Shown in pieces: positions 22,642-32,000 of a stretch of 32,000 nt of DNA (positions are counted from its first letter, which is position 1; every line of letters starts with the position of its first letter). Below the pieces are notes generated by a model, which saw only the letters and a program-made list of their open reading frames with translations, was not told the origin of the DNA and did no database searches. Made by a program: the position numbers and the translations under genes. The stretch lies in the NCBI GenBank assembly GCA_041942055.1, contig CP145874.1:390001-422000 (forward strand), written 5' to 3'. This DNA is from Candidatus Saccharimonadota bacterium. Its GTDB lineage: Bacteria; Pseudomonadota; Gammaproteobacteria; Enterobacterales; Enterobacteriaceae.

Positions 22642-23181
22642 TTATACTTTCTTTTTTGGAGTGAGCACCATAATCATTTGCTTTCCTTCAATTTTCATCG
22701 GAAAAGACTCTATTACTGCAAATTTCTCTAGATCATTTTTTATTCGATTTAACATTTCAAGACCTAGTTGTTGATGCGACATTTCACGACCTCGAAAACG
22801 TAATGTAATTTTTACTTTATCACCATCTTCCAAAAAACGAAGTAGGCTACGTAATTTTACTTTATAGTCTCCTTCATCTGTACCCGGACGGAATTTTATT
22901 TCCTTGATCTGAATTATTTTTTGCTTTTTTTTCTGTTCTTTTGAGAATTTGCTCTTTTCATAAAGATATTTACCGTAATCTATCATTTTACAGACTGGAG
23001 GTTCAACATTAGGGTTAATCTCAACTAGATCGACACCTGCTTTAGAAGCTCTTTCTAAAGCTTCATATATACTTACAATACCAATTGATTCCCCGTTTAC
23101 ATCCGTTAAACGAACCTCCTTCACATGTATTTCACTATTAATACGATTTTGACGTATTTGAGTTTTCTTTCCGTTTTTAAT
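22642..23181 (-). CDS. infC: Translation initiation factor IF-3, with non-canonical ATT start
   Basis: The reading frame stays open upstream of the ORF-track start: ATT AAA AAC GGA AAG AAA ACT CAA ATA CGT CAA AAT CGT ATT AAT AGT GAA ATA CAT GTG AAG GAG GTT CGT. This gives (M)[26 protein letters not shown], colinear with E. coli [28 protein letters not shown]. E. coli infC is known to start with AUU. The result is 179 aa vs 180 in E. coli. Confidence 0.92.
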   Translation of the reverse strand: MKNGKKTQIRQNRINSEIHVKEVRLTDVNGESIGIVSIYEALERASKAGVDLVEINPNVEPPVCKMIDYGKYLYEKSKFSKEQKKKQKIIQIKEIKFRPGTDEGDYKVKLRSLLRFLEDGDKVKITLRFRGREMSHQQLGLEMLNRIKNDLEKFAVIESFPMKIEGKQMIMVLTPKKKV

Positions 23182-25126
23182 ATTTTTTTCCTCCTCTGAT
23201 TTTTATCTCACGATTATTAATTTCATCTTGTAGCTGTTTCAACATATCATTCACTTTTATATTATTAATACTTTTTCCAGTACCAGTGCGTACAGAAATT
23301 ACTTCTAATTTAGTCTCTTTATCTCCACATATAATCATATATGGAACACAACGTAAAGTATGCTCGCGTATTTTAAAACCAATCTTTTCATTTCTCAAGT
23401 CGGTTATTACTCTAATTTCAGCTTTTTTCAAAATATTAGCTAATTGTTTTACATAATCTAACTGATACTGAGTATGCGTAATACTCATTATTGTAACTTG
23501 TACTGGAGCTAACCATAAAGGTAATTTTCCAGCATATTCTTCTAAAAGAATACCTATAAATCGCTCTAATGAACCTAAAATGGCTCGATGAATCATCACG
23601 GGTCTTTGACGTATATTATGCTCATCTACATAGAATGCATTTAAACGTTCTGGTAAAAAAAAGTCTAATTGAACTGTACCACATTGCCATGCACGATCCA
23701 AGCAATCATATAGTGTAAAATCAATTTTAGGACCATAAAAAGCTCCATCACCGTTTTTATATTTAAAAACGATTTTACATTCTTCTAAAGCTCTTACTAA
23801 GTCTTGTTCAGCTTGATTCCAAATCTTATCATCACCAATTCGCTTTTCGGGACGCGTAGATAGTTCTACTACAATTTTTTCAAATCCAAAGATTTTATAT
23901 ATTTCGTATATCATTTTAATACAATTTTGCACTTCCATTCCTACTTGATTTCGGGTACAGAAAATATGTGCATCGTCTTGAGTAAATCCCCGTACACGCA
24001 TTAATCCATGTAAAGATCCAGACGGTTCGTAGCGGTGACAACTTCCGAATTCTGCCATTCTTAATGGAAGATCACGATAAGATTTAATTTCTTGGTTATA
24101 AATTTGCACATGTCCTGGACAATTCATGGGTTTGATACAATATTCACGATTTTCTGAAAAAGTGACAAACATTGTTTCTTGATAATTTTGCCAATGTCCG
24201 GTTTTTTCCCATAAAATCCTATCTAACATCAATGGTCCTTTGACTTCTTGATATCCATACTCTCGTAACTTAGTACGAATGAATGATTTCAGTTGTTGAA
24301 AAATAATCCAACCATTATTATGCCAAAATACCATACCTGGAGCTTCTTTTTGCATATGATATAAACCTAACTTTTTGCCAAAGTTTCTATGATCTCTTTG
24401 GCTAATTTCTTCTAATTTTTTCAAATAGATACTCAATTTTTTTTTATCAGACCAAGCTGTACCAGAAATACGTTGTAGCATTTTATTATTACTATTTTTT
24501 TTCCAGTAAGCTCCAGATATTTTCTGTAAGGTAAAATTTTGACAAAAACGTATATTAGGCACATGTGGCCCTCTAGATATATCAATATACTCTTCATAAC
24601 AATATAAACTTAGTTTATCATTGTCAGTAATATATTTATTATCAATAATGGATACTTTATAGATTTCATCTCTTTCTAAAAAAATCTTTCTAGCCTCTTG
24701 CAAACTCACTAATTTTTTAATTACATCGTAATTTCTAGCGGCTAATTCATACATACGTTTCTCCACCAAGCTTAGATCATGAGGAGTTAGACTGGAATTT
24801 AGATCAATATCATAAAAAAATCCATTTTTGATAACTGAACCAATTGCCATTTTAGTTTTGGGATATAGTTGTTTTATAGCATGACCTAACAAATGAGCGC
24901 AGGAATGACGTATAATTGTTAAACCAATTTCATCTTTTATAGTAAAAATACTGACTGTAGCATCGCAACTTACAAAATCAGATAAGTCTTTTAGTTCCTC
25001 ATTTACTTTAGCAGCAATCGCAATTGGTGCTACATTAGGTACCATAATCTGAGCTAGATCCAGAAGGCTTATCGCATTACTAAATTGATATTTAGTACCA
25101 TTAGTAGAAAAAATAATTGAAAACAT
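23177..25126 (-). CDS. thrS: Threonyl-tRNA synthetase
   Basis: 649 aa. Colinear with E. coli ThrS ([140 protein letters not shown]). AAGGA lies 6 nt upstream of the ATG. Confidence 0.97.
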   Translation of the reverse strand: MFSIIFSTNGTKYQFSNAISLLDLAQIMVPNVAPIAIAAKVNEELKDLSDFVSCDATVSIFTIKDEIGLTIIRHSCAHLLGHAIKQLYPKTKMAIGSVIKNGFFYDIDLNSSLTPHDLSLVEKRMYELAARNYDVIKKLVSLQEARKIFLERDEIYKVSIIDNKYITDNDKLSLYCYEEYIDISRGPHVPNIRFCQNFTLQKISGAYWKKNSNNKMLQRISGTAWSDKKKLSIYLKKLEEISQRDHRNFGKKLGLYHMQKEAPGMVFWHNNGWIIFQQLKSFIRTKLREYGYQEVKGPLMLDRILWEKTGHWQNYQETMFVTFSENREYCIKPMNCPGHVQIYNQEIKSYRDLPLRMAEFGSCHRYEPSGSLHGLMRVRGFTQDDAHIFCTRNQVGMEVQNCIKMIYEIYKIFGFEKIVVELSTRPEKRIGDDKIWNQAEQDLVRALEECKIVFKYKNGDGAFYGPKIDFTLYDCLDRAWQCGTVQLDFFLPERLNAFYVDEHNIRQRPVMIHRAILGSLERFIGILLEEYAGKLPLWLAPVQVTIMSITHTQYQLDYVKQLANILKKAEIRVITDLRNEKIGFKIREHTLRCVPYMIICGDKETKLEVISVRTGTGKSINNIKVNDMLKQLQDEINNREIKIRGGKKY

Positions 25127-25194
25127 TATGAATCCTTATTAAAGAATAGTGATATAATAAAAATTAAGTACATTCTCCTATATTAAAGTATGAG

Positions 25195-25740
25195 ATGACT
25201 ATGACTTCAAGAAGCCATGTGATTTTTGCTATTGCAATGGTAATTGCTGCTAAACGTTTTCATTTTATGACTTATTACGGTGACTGGTGGCATATTATTC
25301 CTTCCGCAATGTTAACCTCATTATTGCCAGATATAGATCATCCAAGATCTCTCATTGGTCAGCGTTTTAAATGCTTATCTTATCCTATAGCATATATTTT
25401 TGGTCACCGAGGATTTACTCACAGTTTATTAGCTGTTATAGTGTGTGGTTATCTCATTAGAAAGATATTAATCTTACCATCAGATGTACAATATGGAATG
25501 CTAATAGGATACATAGGTCACTTAATTGCAGATTTTTTCACCTCAGCTGGTATTCCGTTTTTATGGCCATTATCCTGGAGATTTCGATTTCCATTCTTTC
25601 ATATGTCTACGGGAAAAACTCCTGAACGTTTTTTTTGTATGATTTTTTTAGTAATAGTAATACTAATTCCATCTAGTCTGGTTTCTAATTGTTTAATTGT
25701 AATTACTCATTATCTCAATACATTAGATGTACTGCATTAA
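25195..25740 (+). CDS. ydjM: Inner-membrane metal-dependent hydrolase family protein YdjM
   Basis: 181 aa. GDWWHI.PSA.LT.LLPDIDHP.S..GQR.K..S.PIA..FGHRGFTHSLLAV and AG.P.LWP..WRFR.P match E. coli YdjM. The start may instead be the second ATG (25201; MTSRSHVIF, cf. MTAEGHLLF). Confidence 0.85.
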   Translation: MTMTSRSHVIFAIAMVIAAKRFHFMTYYGDWWHIIPSAMLTSLLPDIDHPRSLIGQRFKCLSYPIAYIFGHRGFTHSLLAVIVCGYLIRKILILPSDVQYGMLIGYIGHLIADFFTSAGIPFLWPLSWRFRFPFFHMSTGKTPERFFCMIFLVIVILIPSSLVSNCLIVITHYLNTLDVLH

Positions 25741-25850
25741 CTAATTAGATTGGAAATTCATCTTTTAAAAAGATAAAAGGTTTATCACTTCACTATTATA
25801 TAGTAAAATTAGTGGTGAATTATTTATATTTATTCTATGGATAAAACCAA

Positions 25851-26786
25851 ATGAATGCTATTGTCCCAAATAAAATTATAAGTAAATTACAATCTATCCA
25901 AGATATATTGGATTGGACTATAAGCGTTTTTTACGAAAGCTCGATATATTATGGTCATGGAACAGATAATCCTTGGGATGAAGCCATACGATTAGTACTA
26001 CCAACCCTATGGTTACCATTAAATTTGCCTCAAAAGTTTTATTTAGCACAACTTACTCATCTGCAACGTCAACATATTATTAATAGAGTTATGCGTCGTG
26101 TTAAAGAACGAATACCAGTAGCTTATATTACTAATAGAGCTTGGTTTTGCAATTGTGAATTTTATATTGATGAAAGAGTATTGATTCCACGATCGCCTAT
26201 TAGTGAATTAATAGAAAAAAAATTTGTATCACTTCTTCTTACGAAAGAACTCAAATATATACTTGATATAGGTACTGGAAGCGGTTGTATAGCCATAGCC
26301 TGTAGTTATGTTTTTCCTAATGCAATTATCCATGCTTCTGATATTTCTCTAGATGCTTTAACTGTTACTGAACATAATATTGCTTTTCATAATCTTAAAA
26401 AATTTGTTATACCTTTATGTTCAGATTTATTCAATGATATTAATCATAACAAATACGATCTGATTATTTCTAATCCACCTTACGTAGGTAAAAAGCAAAT
26501 AAATAATTTACCCCCAGAATATGGTTTTGAACCCAAAATAGGTCTAATGGCGCGAATGGAAGGACTTGAAATAATACATCGTATTTTATTACAGGCATCC
26601 GATTATCTAAATAATAATGGCATACTCATTTGTGAAGTTGGATATCATCAACAAAAATTAATAGAAAAATACCCGAACATACCTTTTCTTTGGCTAGAAT
26701 TTGAAAGAGGCGGTTCTGGAGTTTTTATGTTAACTAAAAAACAATTAATTAAAAGTCAAAAATATATCTCTCTCTCATCAGTATAA
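25851..26786 (+). CDS. prmB: Ribosomal protein L3 glutamine N5-methyltransferase (PrmB/YfcB)
   Basis: 311 aa. It has the SAM-binding motif LD.GTGSGCIAIA and the NPPY catalytic motif (ISNPPYV), with conserved N-terminal HGTDN.WDEA and PVAY.TN. It sits immediately upstream of aroC, as in E. coli. Confidence 0.92.
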   Translation: MNAIVPNKIISKLQSIQDILDWTISVFYESSIYYGHGTDNPWDEAIRLVLPTLWLPLNLPQKFYLAQLTHLQRQHIINRVMRRVKERIPVAYITNRAWFCNCEFYIDERVLIPRSPISELIEKKFVSLLLTKELKYILDIGTGSGCIAIACSYVFPNAIIHASDISLDALTVTEHNIAFHNLKKFVIPLCSDLFNDINHNKYDLIISNPPYVGKKQINNLPPEYGFEPKIGLMARMEGLEIIHRILLQASDYLNNNGILICEVGYHQQKLIEKYPNIPFLWLEFERGGSGVFMLTKKQLIKSQKYISLSSV

Positions 26787-26808
26787 AAACATGAAGGAAC
26801 TATAATGA

Positions 26809-27876
26809 ATGGCTGGAAATAGTATTGGACAGATTTTTAGAGTTACGACATTTGGAGAATCGCATGGTAAAGCTCTAGGATGTATTATAGATGGTGTTCC
26901 ACCTGGAATCAGTTTAACTGAAGAGGATATTCAATATGATTTGGATCGTCGTCGTCCTGGAAAATCAATATATACCAGTCCGCGTCGAGAATTAGATAAA
27001 ATAAAAATCCTTTCGGGTGTGTTTAAAGGTTTAACAACAGGTACAAGCATTGGAATGCTAATAGAAAATACTGATAATCGTTCTCAGGATTATAGTGCAA
27101 TTAAAGAAGTATTTCGTCCGGGTCATGCAGACTATACTTATGATAATAAATATGGTATACGAGATTATCGAGGAGGGGGTCGATCTTCAGCCCGTGAAAC
27201 TGCTATGCGTGTAGCAGCCGGAGCTGTTGCTAAAAAATATCTTCATAGTTTACATGGAATAAAAGTTAGAGGTTATTTAGCACAGATAGGAAACATTGTC
27301 TGTGAATTTCACAACTGGGAACAAGTGAATAAAAATGATTTATTTTGTCCTAATGTTGAGAAAGTGGTTCTTTTAGACCAATTATTGCGACAATTAAAAA
27401 AAGAAGGAGATTCTATTGGAGCAAAAATTACTATTATAGCTGATAATATACCTATAGGTTTAGGAGAACCAGTTTTTGATCGTCTTGATGCAGATTTAGC
27501 ACATGCGTTAATGAGTATTAATGCAGTTAAAGGAGTAGAAATAGGCGATGGTTTTGCTGTAATTTCTCAACGTGGTAGTGAACATCGGGATGAAATCTAT
27601 ACAAATGGTTTTAAAAGTAATCATGCGGGAGGTATTCTGGGAGGAATTAGTAGTGGTCAGCCCATAGTTGTAAATTTGGCGATGAAACCTACATCTAGTA
27701 TTATCGTCCCTGGACATAGTATTAATCGTTTTGGGCATGAAGTTGATAACATTATTACACGTGGTCGTCATGATCCTTGTGTGGGTATTCGCGCTATACC
27801 TATTGCTGAAGCAATGATAGCTATTATTATTATGGACCATTGCTTACGCTACCGTGCTCAGTGTGGAATTATTTAA
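26809..27876 (+). CDS. aroC: Chorismate synthase
   Basis: 355 aa. It starts [20 protein letters not shown] (E. coli [20 protein letters not shown]). [39 protein letters not shown] and [17 protein letters not shown] are present. Confidence 0.97.
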   Translation: MAGNSIGQIFRVTTFGESHGKALGCIIDGVPPGISLTEEDIQYDLDRRRPGKSIYTSPRRELDKIKILSGVFKGLTTGTSIGMLIENTDNRSQDYSAIKEVFRPGHADYTYDNKYGIRDYRGGGRSSARETAMRVAAGAVAKKYLHSLHGIKVRGYLAQIGNIVCEFHNWEQVNKNDLFCPNVEKVVLLDQLLRQLKKEGDSIGAKITIIADNIPIGLGEPVFDRLDADLAHALMSINAVKGVEIGDGFAVISQRGSEHRDEIYTNGFKSNHAGGILGGISSGQPIVVNLAMKPTSSIIVPGHSINRFGHEVDNIITRGRHDPCVGIRAIPIAEAMIAIIIMDHCLRYRAQCGII

Positions 27877-27928
27877 AACCAATCCACCCATGATGAAGTA
27901 ATTTATTTATCACTTCTTCTTAGCATAT

Positions 27929-29737
27929 TTAGTTGGATTGATATTCAGCAGATTGAATTATGCTGTTTTTACGCAAATCATTTAATAATGCAACTATAGA
28001 CATATTAAGTTGATTTTTTATCATGTGGGACGAAATGGCAATGATTTGTTTGTTAGATGCATTTTTATACCAAATTTTATCTAATGCTATTATTACTAAA
28101 TTTTCTTGGTTAGCATCTTGACTTATAGCATAAATAGATTGATTATTTTTTTTTGGTCTCATATCTAATACTAGATTAGTAAGACTATCATTATTATTAG
28201 GTGTAATAACTGTCGCATTTCCAAATTTTAATCGTAAATCTCCTTCAGTTTTTCCTTGCTTAAGAAATTCTAATATTTTCTCTAATTCTTTCTTTACTTG
28301 CTTGTTGGTTTTTTGGTGCTGTAAATATGTAGTAATACTTTTATGCACCTTACTTAGTGATTTCAAGTAAGCTGGTCTATGATTAATAATACGTATCCAA
28401 ATACCCTTTTGACTGCTAATTCGTATAAAAAAGGTATTTATATTCATTTTACTGCCGTTAAAAATGGCATGTACTAGTAACTTTAAATTATTAGGAATAG
28501 TTGTAAAATTAAACCAATTAGTTTCTTTAGTTTTGATTTCTGTCAGGTGTTCCAATTCCTTAATCGAAATCCTACTCCTCGAGTGAAGGATTTGTTTTTG
28601 AAGTGAAGAATATTTATCTCTAATTTTTTTTTGCTGTATTTTATTAGTTATAAAATTACATAGTTGATTTAATGGGATGAGATGTTTCTCTTTGATGCCA
28701 TCAAGACGTATAATTAAATATCCAATGGAACATTTTATGATACCTGAAAGTTGACCAATTTTGTGTAAATTAATATTTTTTAACTCATCGGGGATTTCTT
28801 CGGTTCGGATCCATCCTATTTGCCCTCCTATACGTGCAGAAATAGGATCTATAGATTTTTGTTTGGCTAGTTCCACAAAATCCGCACCATTTTTTAATTG
28901 ATTTAACAATGATTTGGCTTCTTTTTCGGTTTTTAGTTGAATTATTCGATATTTATATTGAGGTAATTCCATGTAATCTAATTTATATTTCTCATACCAT
29001 TGCTTGATTTCAAGCTCACTTACATACGGCTTAGAAATCTTATTTGCATTTAATTCTAAATAATTAATCCTAATCTGCTCAGGTAACATGAAATGTTTTA
29101 AATTTTTTTGATAAAAATTATTGATTTCATCTTCACTAACTGGTGTTTTGGCTGCTATATAGTTAATATCAACTGCGGCTTGACGAATTAAACGTTTTTG
29201 AAGAACTAGTCTTGTTAATGTATTTACCTCCTTTGGTAATAAAAAATCTGTTTTGACTATGGTAGATAATAATTGTTGAACTGCTAATTGCTTACGTAAA
29301 GATTCTGCATATTGCTTGCCTGTTATTCCCAGTATTTTTAGTATATTTCTATACTTGACATTGTCAAATTTACCGTTAATCATGAAATCTCTTTGATTTA
29401 AAATGATCGGTTTAATTTGTTCATCATTGATATCAATTCCTATTTTTTTTACATACTGTTGAAGTAGTACTTCATCTATTAGATTTTGTAAAATCAAATT
29501 ACGGAATTGTTGCATAGCATTTTCATTGGTAATAATTTTAGGCCATTCTTGACCTAATAATTGACTAGCAAATCTCAATGATTCTTCAAATTGCCATTTA
29601 CTAATTTTTTGTCCATTGATACTGATCATATAATCATTTTTAGGATAAAAAACTCTGTAATTTCCTATTGCTGTTATTACCATCATCAATATGATAATGA
29701 CCAATATTATTTTAACTACTATACGATTTCTTACCAT
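27929..29737 (-). CDS. ppiD: Periplasmic chaperone / peptidyl-prolyl isomerase PpiD
   Basis: 602 aa. It has one N-terminal membrane anchor. It is colinear with E. coli PpiD (V..Q.IS..QFE, L..LIDE.LL.QY..K.G, DGKFDN.RY, parvulin-like GG..GW......IPDELKN......GQLSG.IK...G.LI.RLD). It sits next to lon, as in E. coli. Confidence 0.88.
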   Translation of the reverse strand: MVRNRIVVKIILVIIILMMVITAIGNYRVFYPKNDYMISINGQKISKWQFEESLRFASQLLGQEWPKIITNENAMQQFRNLILQNLIDEVLLQQYVKKIGIDINDEQIKPIILNQRDFMINGKFDNVKYRNILKILGITGKQYAESLRKQLAVQQLLSTIVKTDFLLPKEVNTLTRLVLQKRLIRQAAVDINYIAAKTPVSEDEINNFYQKNLKHFMLPEQIRINYLELNANKISKPYVSELEIKQWYEKYKLDYMELPQYKYRIIQLKTEKEAKSLLNQLKNGADFVELAKQKSIDPISARIGGQIGWIRTEEIPDELKNINLHKIGQLSGIIKCSIGYLIIRLDGIKEKHLIPLNQLCNFITNKIQQKKIRDKYSSLQKQILHSRSRISIKELEHLTEIKTKETNWFNFTTIPNNLKLLVHAIFNGSKMNINTFFIRISSQKGIWIRIINHRPAYLKSLSKVHKSITTYLQHQKTNKQVKKELEKILEFLKQGKTEGDLRLKFGNATVITPNNNDSLTNLVLDMRPKKNNQSIYAISQDANQENLVIIALDKIWYKNASNKQIIAISSHMIKNQLNMSIVALLNDLRKNSIIQSAEYQSN

Positions 29738-29785
29738 ATGAAGATGTATTCCTTTAATATTTAATAACTAAAATGACATACATGT

Positions 29786-32000
29786 TTACGGACTGATCGG
29801 ATCATTTTGTAATGCAATTTTAAGAACTTCTTCAACTTGTTTTACTGGATAAATCTTCAAATTTATTTTAATGTTAGCTGGAATATTTTCCAAATTCCGT
29901 TGATTTCCATAAGGAATAACTACAGTTTTTATACCTTCTCTATGAGCAGCCAATAATTTTTCTTTTAAACCACCAATAGGTAATACTTGCCCTGTTAGAG
30001 TAATTTCTCCAGTCATTGCTACATCCGCACGAACCGGATTTTCTGTTAAACAAGATACTAATACAGTACACATAGAAACACCCGCACTGGGTCCATCTTT
30101 GGGTGTTGCACCATCAGGGACGTGTATATGGATATCATTGGTTTCATGAAAATTATGCTTAATACCCAGCTTATTTGCTAAGGTTCTTACTACTGTTATA
30201 GCTGCTTGGATAGATTCTCGCATTACTTCTCCTAATGAACCGGTATAATAGAATTTTCCTTTTCCTGGAAGACAAGAACTTTCAATTCTTAACACTTCTC
30301 CTCCATTTTCTGTCCAAGCCAGACCAGAAACTTGACCAATACTATTTTGACTCAAAGCTTTACCATACTCTAAACGTTGAATACCCAAATAGTATTCAAG
30401 ATTATCTTTTTTTACTTCTATAGATTTTATAGTTGTATCCATAAGTATAATTTTTACAACCTTACGACATAATTTTGCCAATTCTCGTTCAAGATTACGT
30501 ACTCCTGCTTCGAAAGTATAGAAACGAATAATATTTAGAATAGCTTGTTCATCCACAAGGATTTCATTTCTTTTTAAGGCATTCCGCTTGATCTGTTTTG
30601 GTAGTAAATAACGATTAGCTATATTTAACTTTTCGTCTTCTGTATATCCAGGAATCCGAATGACTTCCATACGATCTAATAGAGGATGAGGAATCTTCAT
30701 AGAATTAGAAGTAGCAATAAACATTACATCGGATAAATCATAATCTACTTCTAGATAATGATCATTAAATGCATGATTTTGTTCAGGATCCAAAACTTCT
30801 AATAAAGCAGCAGCAGGATCTCCTCGAAAATCCGATGACATTTTATCTATTTCGTCTAATAAAAATAAGGGATTTTTTACACCTATTTTGGCCATTTTCT
30901 GAATTAATTTGCCTGGCATTGAGCCAATATAGGTACGACGATGTCCTCTGATTTCTGCTTCGTCACGTATTCCGCCCAAAGCCATACGAACATATTTACG
31001 TCCAGTAGCTTTTGAGATTGATTTGGCGAGAGATGTTTTACCTACTCCAGGAGGACCTACGAGACAAAGGATAGGACCTTTATTTTTACTTATACGATTT
31101 TGAACGGCTAGATACTCAAGAATTCTTTCTTTTACATTATCTAAACCAAAATGATCATTATCCAATCTTTCTTTGGCCTTCGGAAGATTTTTTTGAATTT
31201 TAGTACGAGCAGACCAAGGAACTTGAAACATCCACTCAAGATAATTCCGTATAACTGTTGCTTCTGAGGACATTGGAGACATCATTTTTAATCTTTGTAG
31301 TTCAGATTCAGTTTTTTTGCGTGCTTCCAGAGGCATCTTAGCATCTAGGATTTTTCTTTTTAAAACTTCATTTTCATCATCCTCATCAGGAGCTGATTCT
31401 TCATCTATTTCCCCCAGCTCTTTTTTAATTGCTTTTATTTGCTCATGTAGATAATACTCTCGCTGACTTTTTTCCATTTGTTTTTTTACACGGTGGTGTA
31501 TGCTTTCCTCGAGCAGTAATAAATCCATTTCTACTTCCAACATTGCTATTAAACCTTCTAGTCGTTCATTAACATTAGCTATTTCTAGTAAGGACTGTTT
31601 GTCAGTAGTTTTTAGAGGAATATGAGCAGCTACTATATCCCCAAGATGTGCAGCATTGTGAATATTCTCTAATACTGTTAAAATTTCCAGAGGAATTTTT
31701 TTATATAATTGAAGATATCCTTCAAATTGATTAAGAGTAGCACGCCTCAATAATTCCTGTTTTCGCTTATCACTTCTTGAAGAAAGAACATATTGGATTT
31801 TAGCCATAAAAGATTCTTCACCATCATCACTCAACTCAGTAATGCGAGCTCTTCTTAAACCTTTAACCAAAATTTTTCTGGTCCCATCTGAGAGCTTTAA
31901 AACATGCAGAATTGAGGCAACGGTTCCAATTCTAAAGATATTCTCAGTGTCCGATTCATCTTCTCGAAAAAATTCTTTTTGTGTTACTAACAGAATTTTT
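29786..32000 (-). CDS. lon: ATP-dependent Lon protease (5' end beyond the window edge)
   Basis: Walker A GPPGVGKTSL, LFLLDEIDK, and the catalytic-Ser region PKDGPSAG are present. It is colinear with E. coli Lon. The frame stays open upstream of the ORF-track start at 31870 (...ASILHVLKLSDGTRKILVKGLRRARITELS, cf. E. coli VASILQMLKLPDGTVKVLVEGLQRARISALS). The gene therefore continues to nt 32000 and beyond. Confidence 0.96.
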   Translation of the reverse strand, partial: KILLVTQKEFFREDESDTENIFRIGTVASILHVLKLSDGTRKILVKGLRRARITELSDDGEESFMAKIQYVLSSRSDKRKQELLRRATLNQFEGYLQLYKKIPLEILTVLENIHNAAHLGDIVAAHIPLKTTDKQSLLEIANVNERLEGLIAMLEVEMDLLLLEESIHHRVKKQMEKSQREYYLHEQIKAIKKELGEIDEESAPDEDDENEVLKRKILDAKMPLEARKKTESELQRLKMMSPMSSEATVIRNYLEWMFQVPWSARTKIQKNLPKAKERLDNDHFGLDNVKERILEYLAVQNRISKNKGPILCLVGPPGVGKTSLAKSISKATGRKYVRMALGGIRDEAEIRGHRRTYIGSMPGKLIQKMAKIGVKNPLFLLDEIDKMSSDFRGDPAAALLEVLDPEQNHAFNDHYLEVDYDLSDVMFIATSNSMKIPHPLLDRMEVIRIPGYTEDEKLNIANRYLLPKQIKRNALKRNEILVDEQAILNIIRFYTFEAGVRNLERELAKLCRKVVKIILMDTTIKSIEVKKDNLEYYLGIQRLEYGKALSQNSIGQVSGLAWTENGGEVLRIESSCLPGKGKFYYTGSLGEVMRESIQAAITVVRTLANKLGIKHNFHETNDIHIHVPDGATPKDGPSAGVSMCTVLVSCLTENPVRADVAMTGEITLTGQVLPIGGLKEKLLAAHREGIKTVVIPYGNQRNLENIPANIKINLKIYPVKQVEEVLKIALQNDPISP

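Noticed and set aside
22520-22774. 84-aa ORF antisense to rpmI and the infC 3' end
   Set aside because: Shadow ORF spanning two conserved genes.
25127-25194. Search for a LexA/SOS box (CTGT-n8-ACAG) upstream of ydjM, which is LexA-regulated in E. coli, and for a thrS operator-like tRNA-Thr anticodon-arm mimic upstream of thrS
   Set aside because: The 68-nt divergent spacer has no CTG...CAG dyad. I could not identify a convincing anticodon-arm-like hairpin by eye.
25755-25775. Palindrome ATCTTTT-A-AAAAGAT downstream of ydjM as a possible terminator
   Set aside because: It is essentially all A/T, the loop would be too small, and the effective stem is only about 4 bp. It is not distinguishable from background.
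26227-26241. 15-nt exact repeat TATCACTTCTTCTTA, present inside prmB (26227-26241) and again downstream of aroC (27908-27922)
   Set aside because: A single 15-mer match in 32 kb of low-complexity AT-rich DNA is within chance expectation. There is no flanking similarity or mobile-element context.
27508-27840. 110-aa ORF antisense to aroC
   Set aside because: Shadow ORF within a conserved gene.
27886-27925. Possible hairpin (GAAGT...ACTTC) between convergent aroC and ppiD
   Set aside because: It has only 5 bp with a 12-nt loop and no U-tract, which is too weak to call.
30235-30951. Two short + strand ORFs (30235-30423 and 30769-30951) antisense to lon
   Set aside because: Shadow ORFs within a highly conserved gene.
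31868-31870. ORF-track start of lon at a TTG (MVKGLRRA...)
   Set aside because: The frame is open upstream to the window edge, and the upstream translation (ASILHVLKLSDGTRKILV) still matches E. coli Lon around residues 75-95. The gene is simply cut by the window.

Overview
This is a strongly AT-rich, very gene-dense window with short or overlapping intergenic spacers. I found no IS elements, CRISPR arrays, phage genes or large repeats. It looks like a reduced Enterobacterales genome of the insect-endosymbiont type.

From about 5.4 kb to 32 kb the content is housekeeping: 24 protein genes and 2 tRNAs. Their products align closely to E. coli proteins as I remember them. Local gene order is E. 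coli-like but collapsed by deletions:
- trxB-infA, with cydDC and aat gone
- serS
- proC
- ydiK
- mdtK
- grxD-pdxH-tyrS
- clsA-yciC-sohB-pyrF
- pheT-pheS-rplT-rpmI-infC-thrS
- ydjM
- prmB-aroC
- ppiD-lon, with hupB gone

The outlier is the first 5.4 kb, a tight co-directional operon:
- a GTP cyclohydrolase I C-terminal fragment (the gene starts upstream of the window)
- a long QueD/PTPS-family protein
- a CBS-less IMPDH/GMP-reductase-family protein
- a Gpt-like phosphoribosyltransferase
- a compact UbiD-family decarboxylase
- a YfbR/HDDC2-type HD 5'-nucleotidase, fused in frame to a maeB-derived malic enzyme that has lost its PTA-like domain

This enzyme set matches, step for step, tubercidin/toyocamycin-type 7-deazapurine nucleoside biosynthesis. 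It does not match queuosine, folate or purine salvage. I propose it is a horizontally acquired, compositionally ameliorated deazapurine-nucleoside pathway that has been retained in a reduced symbiont genome.

All calls rest on reading the sequence and ORF translations and on remembered reference sequences. No database search or computation was run.
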